A stretch of DNA of 64,000 nucleotides from a bacterium (GTDB taxonomy: Bacteria > UBA8248): contig CBDCRP010000003.1 in assembly GCA_965221165.1 (NCBI GenBank), positions 256,001 to 320,000 of the forward strand, read 5' to 3'. A model generated the notes under the pieces. It was not told the DNA's origin. It was given only the letters and a program-made list of their open reading frames with translations, and searched no databases. Position numbers and translations under genes: made by a program. The stretch's first letter is position 1. The number at the start of each line of letters is the position of its first letter. Shown here one piece after another: positions 58,888 through 64,000 of this stretch.

Positions 58888-59465
58888 AAATTATCCGCTT
58901 CATCCACCGTATTTCCGCACGAGGCGCAAAACCGGGGTTTTATATTTTTCGCTTGTTCATCCGGTGGCGAATCGGGCAAATCTTCCTGCGGGTTGCCCGC
59001 ATTTTTTCTGTAGCGCAGGATTTCCGCCTCCAGTCGCTTATCCAGCGACGGTGGCTTCTCGACGGCGGCTTCAGGGGAAGACGGGCGCTTCCCTTCGAGC
59101 CGGGCCGCCGCCTCCGCCGCCTCGCGTTCGTTCAACTGGAGGGGCGCCATGCCCTCCTTCACCCCTCTGGCGTCGAGGCGTCTCAGCACCTCCACCGCCT
59201 GGGCGCGGGCGGGCTTCATCATCTGGTTATAATCTTCGTCCGAAAGCTTTCCCATTTCCTTGTCGAACTCGATGTCCAGGATGTTCTTGTAGGCCTGCTC
59301 GCGCTCCATCAACAACCGCGTCAATTCCCGGCTCGAAAGCGGTCGCGCGCTTTCCGCATCGGGCAACACGCCCGAGGCCGCCTGGGGGCGCATGATGGGC
59401 CAGATGGTGTAGAAAAAAGCGGCGCCGATGGCTCCGCAAGCGATGATGAGGCCCAAAATCTCCAT
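58857..59465 (-). CDS. CcmI N-terminal-like membrane protein with C-terminal zinc ribbon
   Basis: N-terminal TM; ILDIEFDKEMGKLSDEDY; FCASCG...NFCAACG. Confidence 0.7.
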   Translation of the reverse strand: MEILGLIIACGAIGAAFFYTIWPIMRPQAASGVLPDAESARPLSSRELTRLLMEREQAYKNILDIEFDKEMGKLSDEDYNQMMKPARAQAVEVLRRLDARGVKEGMAPLQLNEREAAEAAARLEGKRPSSPEAAVEKPPSLDKRLEAEILRYRKNAGNPQEDLPDSPPDEQAKNIKPRFCASCGNTVDEADNFCAACGRGLN

Positions 59466-59468
59466 GCT

Positions 59469-61433
59469 TTAAGCCTGCTTTTTTCTTCGCCGGCCCCATC
59501 GCTCGGGCAAAAAGCAAATGATGGAGCCGAGCGTGAAGACGATACCTCCCGCCCACACCCAGTTCACCAGCGGGTTGATCATGAACTTGAACGTGGCGGT
59601 GCCGTCGGAGTCCGCCTCGGCGAATACGGCGTAAATGTCCGAACGCGCCCCACGGCGGATGCCGGGTTCCGTCGTCGGCTGCGGGGGCGTGAAATACAGC
59701 CTTTTCTCCGGCTCCACCTCCCCGATGCGATACCCCGCCCGGTAGACGCCCAGGCGCGCGAAGGCGGAGCGGTATTGCGGCGTCGCGTTCTCGCGAATCC
59801 CCTCATAACGCATCCGCACGCCGTTTAACGCAAAACTCTCGCCCAGGCGCAGGCGCACCTCGCCCACCTCCTGATAGGCGGAGGACGCCGCCACGCCCAC
59901 GAACAATATCGCCATCCCCAGGTGAACGATGTAGCCCCCGAATCGCCTCTTGTTTCGCATGGTGAGCTCCCACGCGGCACGGGCGATGCGCTCTTCCTGG
60001 TGACGCACGCGCGAGGAGATTCCTCTCCAATACTCCAGGACGACCGTTCCCACCACGAACGCGCAGAGGCCGAACGCGAGCGTCGCATAGACGTGGCGAG
60101 CGCCGAAGAACACCAGGACGAGCAAGGCGCCCACGGCCACTACCGAGGGGTAGACGAAACTCTTGTTCATCTGTTTTCGCGACGTCTTGCGCCATGCGAA
60201 AAGGGGGCCCGCGCCGCAAAGCAATATCAGCAAAAGCCCTATCGGCACGTTCACCTGATTAAAAAACGGCGGCCCCACGGTGACCTTGATTCCCTTCACG
60301 GCTTCTGAGACGACCGGAAAAATCGTTCCCCAAAAAACGGCGAACGTCATGCCCACGAGCACGACGTTGTTGAGCAGAAAACTCGCTTCCCGCGAGAAGA
60401 AGCTCTCCATCTCGTGCTCGCTTTGAAGCCTGGGCAAGCGCCAGATCACCAGGGAGAAGGAGACGACGAGCGCCGCCAGCAAATAGGCCAGGAACGCCCA
60501 GCCGAACGATGAGTTCGCAAAAGCGTGCACGCTCGAGATGATGCCGCTTCTCGTCAGAAAGGTGCCGAATATCGTGAGGGCGTAGGTGATGATGATGAGC
60601 GAGACGTTCCAGACCTTGAGCATCCCGCGTTTTTCCTGAATCATCACCGAATGGAGAAAGGCGGTTCCCACGAGCCAGGGCATGAGGCTCGCGTTCTCCA
60701 CCGGATCCCACGCCCAGTATCCGCCCCAGCCCAACTCCTTGTAGGCCCATGCGCCGCCGAGCAGAATGCCGACCCCGTTGAAAAACCAGGCGAACAGCGC
60801 CCAGCGCCGCGTCGAGGTAATCCAGTCCGTGTCGAGCTTGCCGCTCGCCAGAGCGCCGATGCAAAACGCGAAGGGCACGGCGAAGCCCACATAGCCCAGA
60901 TACAGATTGGGCGGGTGAATCACCATCCCCCAGTCTTGCAGGAGAGGGTTCAGGCCGCGTCCATCCGAAGGCGGGGCGGCGAGCGTATCGAAAGGCGGTG
61001 TGACGAAATTCAGAATGACCAGGAAGAACAGCGCCGTGGCCATGAGCGTGGCCGTCACATAGGGCATCAACTCCAGGTTCTTGTCGCGGTTTTGCCGGAT
61101 GAGGACGAATGAATACACGCACAAGAGCAAAAGCCAGAGCAGCAGGCTCCCCTCCTGCCCTCCCCAGAACGCGCTGAAGCGATAAAAACCATTCAGCGTG
61201 TTGTTGACGTGCCCCGCCACGTACTCCACGCGGTAGTCGCGCACCATGAGCAAATAGACGAGGGCCGCGCTCGCGCCGCTCACCAGCCAGAAAACACAGA
61301 CGGCGGCGTTGCGGCCCGCAGCGATGAGGTCGGCCCTGCGCTTCTGGGCGCCGATGACGGCGGCGCCGATGGCGAACACCGCCAGGACGAGCGACGCCAG
61401 CAAGCTGTAGTGTCCGAACTGAATGGCGATCAA
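59469..61433 (-). CDS. ccmF: Cytochrome c heme lyase CcmF
   Basis: WGGQEGSLLLW, GLNPLLQ, IHPP.LY.GY, WGGYWAWDPVENAS, RSG..SVHAFA. Confidence 0.97.
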   Translation of the reverse strand: MIAIQFGHYSLLASLVLAVFAIGAAVIGAQKRRADLIAAGRNAAVCVFWLVSGASAALVYLLMVRDYRVEYVAGHVNNTLNGFYRFSAFWGGQEGSLLLWLLLLCVYSFVLIRQNRDKNLELMPYVTATLMATALFFLVILNFVTPPFDTLAAPPSDGRGLNPLLQDWGMVIHPPNLYLGYVGFAVPFAFCIGALASGKLDTDWITSTRRWALFAWFFNGVGILLGGAWAYKELGWGGYWAWDPVENASLMPWLVGTAFLHSVMIQEKRGMLKVWNVSLIIITYALTIFGTFLTRSGIISSVHAFANSSFGWAFLAYLLAALVVSFSLVIWRLPRLQSEHEMESFFSREASFLLNNVVLVGMTFAVFWGTIFPVVSEAVKGIKVTVGPPFFNQVNVPIGLLLILLCGAGPLFAWRKTSRKQMNKSFVYPSVVAVGALLVLVFFGARHVYATLAFGLCAFVVGTVVLEYWRGISSRVRHQEERIARAAWELTMRNKRRFGGYIVHLGMAILFVGVAASSAYQEVGEVRLRLGESFALNGVRMRYEGIRENATPQYRSAFARLGVYRAGYRIGEVEPEKRLYFTPPQPTTEPGIRRGARSDIYAVFAEADSDGTATFKFMINPLVNWVWAGGIVFTLGSIICFLPERWGRRRKKQA

Positions 61434-61502
61434 CTACAAACCCCCGGAATGGAGCGGATTTTCAAGATAGAGGAGATAAGGTCGTTCTGCGTGAACTCCA
61501 GG

Positions 61503-61979
61503 TCATCGAGCCGACGGCATTTCCTTTCGCTTCGCGGTTTTCTCCATCAAAGCCTTGTGGTCCGTCGGTATGTTTTCGCCCGCCTCCTTCATTTCCTCGA
61601 ACTTCGAGGGACATGCGACCATCAAATTCTTCGCCACCAGAATCCCCTTGTCGTTGAGCTTTCCCTCGGCAATGACCGGAAACCCGTTTTCGAGCAAATC
61701 GGGGGGAACCCCCTTGTAGCTGACGGCCAAGGTTTTCTCCTCGCCTTGTATATGGAAGGCGAGCTGCATGGCGTCGGGATTTTTCAGGAGCGTCCTGGGC
61801 ACGATCCTGCCCTGCACCCTGATGCCGCGACCACCCAGAGTCGGCGCCTTCCGGGACACTTCATCCACGGTCAGGAAATACACCAGATTCTCGCTCTGAA
61901 ACCCCGAGACGGCCAGATAGGCAAACGCGCTCAGGATGACAGCGCCCGCGATGAGAAATTTGATTTTCTGAACGCTCAT
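61503..61979 (-). CDS. ccmE: Heme chaperone CcmE, Cys-type variant (CPSKF)
   Basis: TM anchor; LVYFLTV, IRVQG, YKGVPPDL, VIAEG, CPSKF at the position of HxxxY. Confidence 0.9.
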   Translation of the reverse strand: MSVQKIKFLIAGAVILSAFAYLAVSGFQSENLVYFLTVDEVSRKAPTLGGRGIRVQGRIVPRTLLKNPDAMQLAFHIQGEEKTLAVSYKGVPPDLLENGFPVIAEGKLNDKGILVAKNLMVACPSKFEEMKEAGENIPTDHKALMEKTAKRKEMPSAR

Positions 61980-62086
61980 CCATTACCTCTCGGCGGCCAA
62001 CAACAGCGTCTTTCAAGAATACGACGCTCTTTTGTTTCTTTCAAGCAGGTCGAGATCATAACCCCCGGATAATTCAATATTTTTCA

Positions 62087-62123
62087 AAGAAAAACCGGCG
62101 GAGTCCGGAAAACCCCGCCGGCC
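62087..62123 (-). terminator. Rho-independent terminator after ilvC
   Basis: Minus strand GCCGGCGGGGTT-TTCC-GGACTCCGCCGGT followed by TTTTCTTT. Confidence 0.8.
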
Positions 62124-62145
62124 TGAATTTCTCGAAAATGCCCTC

Positions 62146-63183
<1,038 letters not shown>

Positions 63184-63520
63184 GGCCTTTGGCCCTCCAG
63201 GATTCGCAGCCCTCGCCGCGCCGTCAAAAAACGATCAACATGGGCGGAAAACACCCGCCTCTCGAAAGGTAGTCGGCTTCTCGTGGGAAACCGCTGAAAA
63301 AAGAGACCCTAATCTAGGAGCCGGAAGCGGGAGCGTCAAGGCGCTCCAGACATCGGGGCGCGAATTCAAAAACGCCGCGTTCCTTCCTCGGACCCGTCCG
63401 CTCAAAAGCCCCCTGCGAATACCGCCCGGTCTATGGAGGAAGCGTTTTACTCTTCGGCAGAGGACCCGAGAGACGCAAAAAAGCCGAAGCAATACGCCCC
63501 GGCTTTTTAAGAATTCTCTT

Positions 63521-64000
63521 CTATATCGCAGAGGAGATGACGGGTCTTTCGATTCCCTTGAAGGCGACCGCAATCTCATCGGCCGCTTTCGAGGCCGCAT
63601 CCGCCGCTTCCTGCGCAAGCGCTTTTGCTCTTTCAGCCGCCTGATGAGCGGATTCCGTCGCCCTGTCCTTCGCATCCGCCAGATACGCGCTCGCTTGGGC
63701 TGAGAACTCGGCGGCTTCCGCCGCGGCGTATTTGGCCTGCTCGACGGCCGCCATCGCCAAATCCTTTGCCTTCTCCAGCATCTGGCGAACGGCCTGGTCG
63801 GTATTTTCTTCTTTATGCCGAAGCGCATGCGATGCATGCTCAAGGGCCGTACCGACCGATTCCATGGCTTTTCGGGCCGATTTCGCCGCAGCCTCGCTCG
63901 CTTCCGTCAACGAAGGCATCTGGGGCACTTCCAGCGGCATCGTCGGGTCCGTCATCGTGTGAAGCACTTCGGGCTGCGCTTTCACCGGAGCGGACCTTCT
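63521..64000 (-). CDS. 3' part of an Ala-rich coiled-coil protein (frame open to the window edge)
   Basis: Reading frame remains open from the edge to the stop at 63521; Ala/Glu/Lys-rich helical composition. Confidence 0.5.
   Translation of the reverse strand, partial: RRSAPVKAQPEVLHTMTDPTMPLEVPQMPSLTEASEAAAKSARKAMESVGTALEHASHALRHKEENTDQAVRQMLEKAKDLAMAAVEQAKYAAAEAAEFSAQASAYLADAKDRATESAHQAAERAKALAQEAADAASKAADEIAVAFKGIERPVISSAI

Overview
Bacterial chromosomal segment, mostly high-GC (about 60-70% in sampled lines). A broad, smoothly graded low-GC trough (about 7.5-22 kb, down to about 37% in sampled lines) is centred on the core rimP-nusA-ylxR/ylxQ-infB-DUF503-rbfA-truB-rpsO-pnp operon. Other recognisable blocks: ada; an E1a/E1b/E2 2-oxoacid or acetoin dehydrogenase operon; a BglII/BstYI-type restriction-modification pair plus a Dam-family methylase; pcrA/uvrD; miaB; HU; an ABC importer with two ATPases and a CapA-family hydrolase; a complete variant cytochrome c maturation operon (Cys-type CcmE, plus a ccmD missing from the ORF track); and ilvC. 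Main discoveries: (1) two hidden selenoprotein genes that the ORF track truncates or splits. One is a DsbA/FrnE-like protein with C-x-x-U-x-x-C, next to a TIGR04282-like transferase; the other is an AhpD/CMD-like protein with C-x-x-U. Both carry a SECIS-like hairpin whose GG-N-C tetraloop starts exactly 22 nt after the UGA. (2) A system of very small (about 21-30 nt) hairpin modules inserted into REP-type palindromes and into each other, and expanded as degenerate 24-bp tandem arrays. (3) A low-GC SIR2-like putative defence gene broken by one frameshift. No rRNA, tRNA, CRISPR array, transposase or integrase was recognised. All family assignments come from motif recognition by eye; no database search was run.
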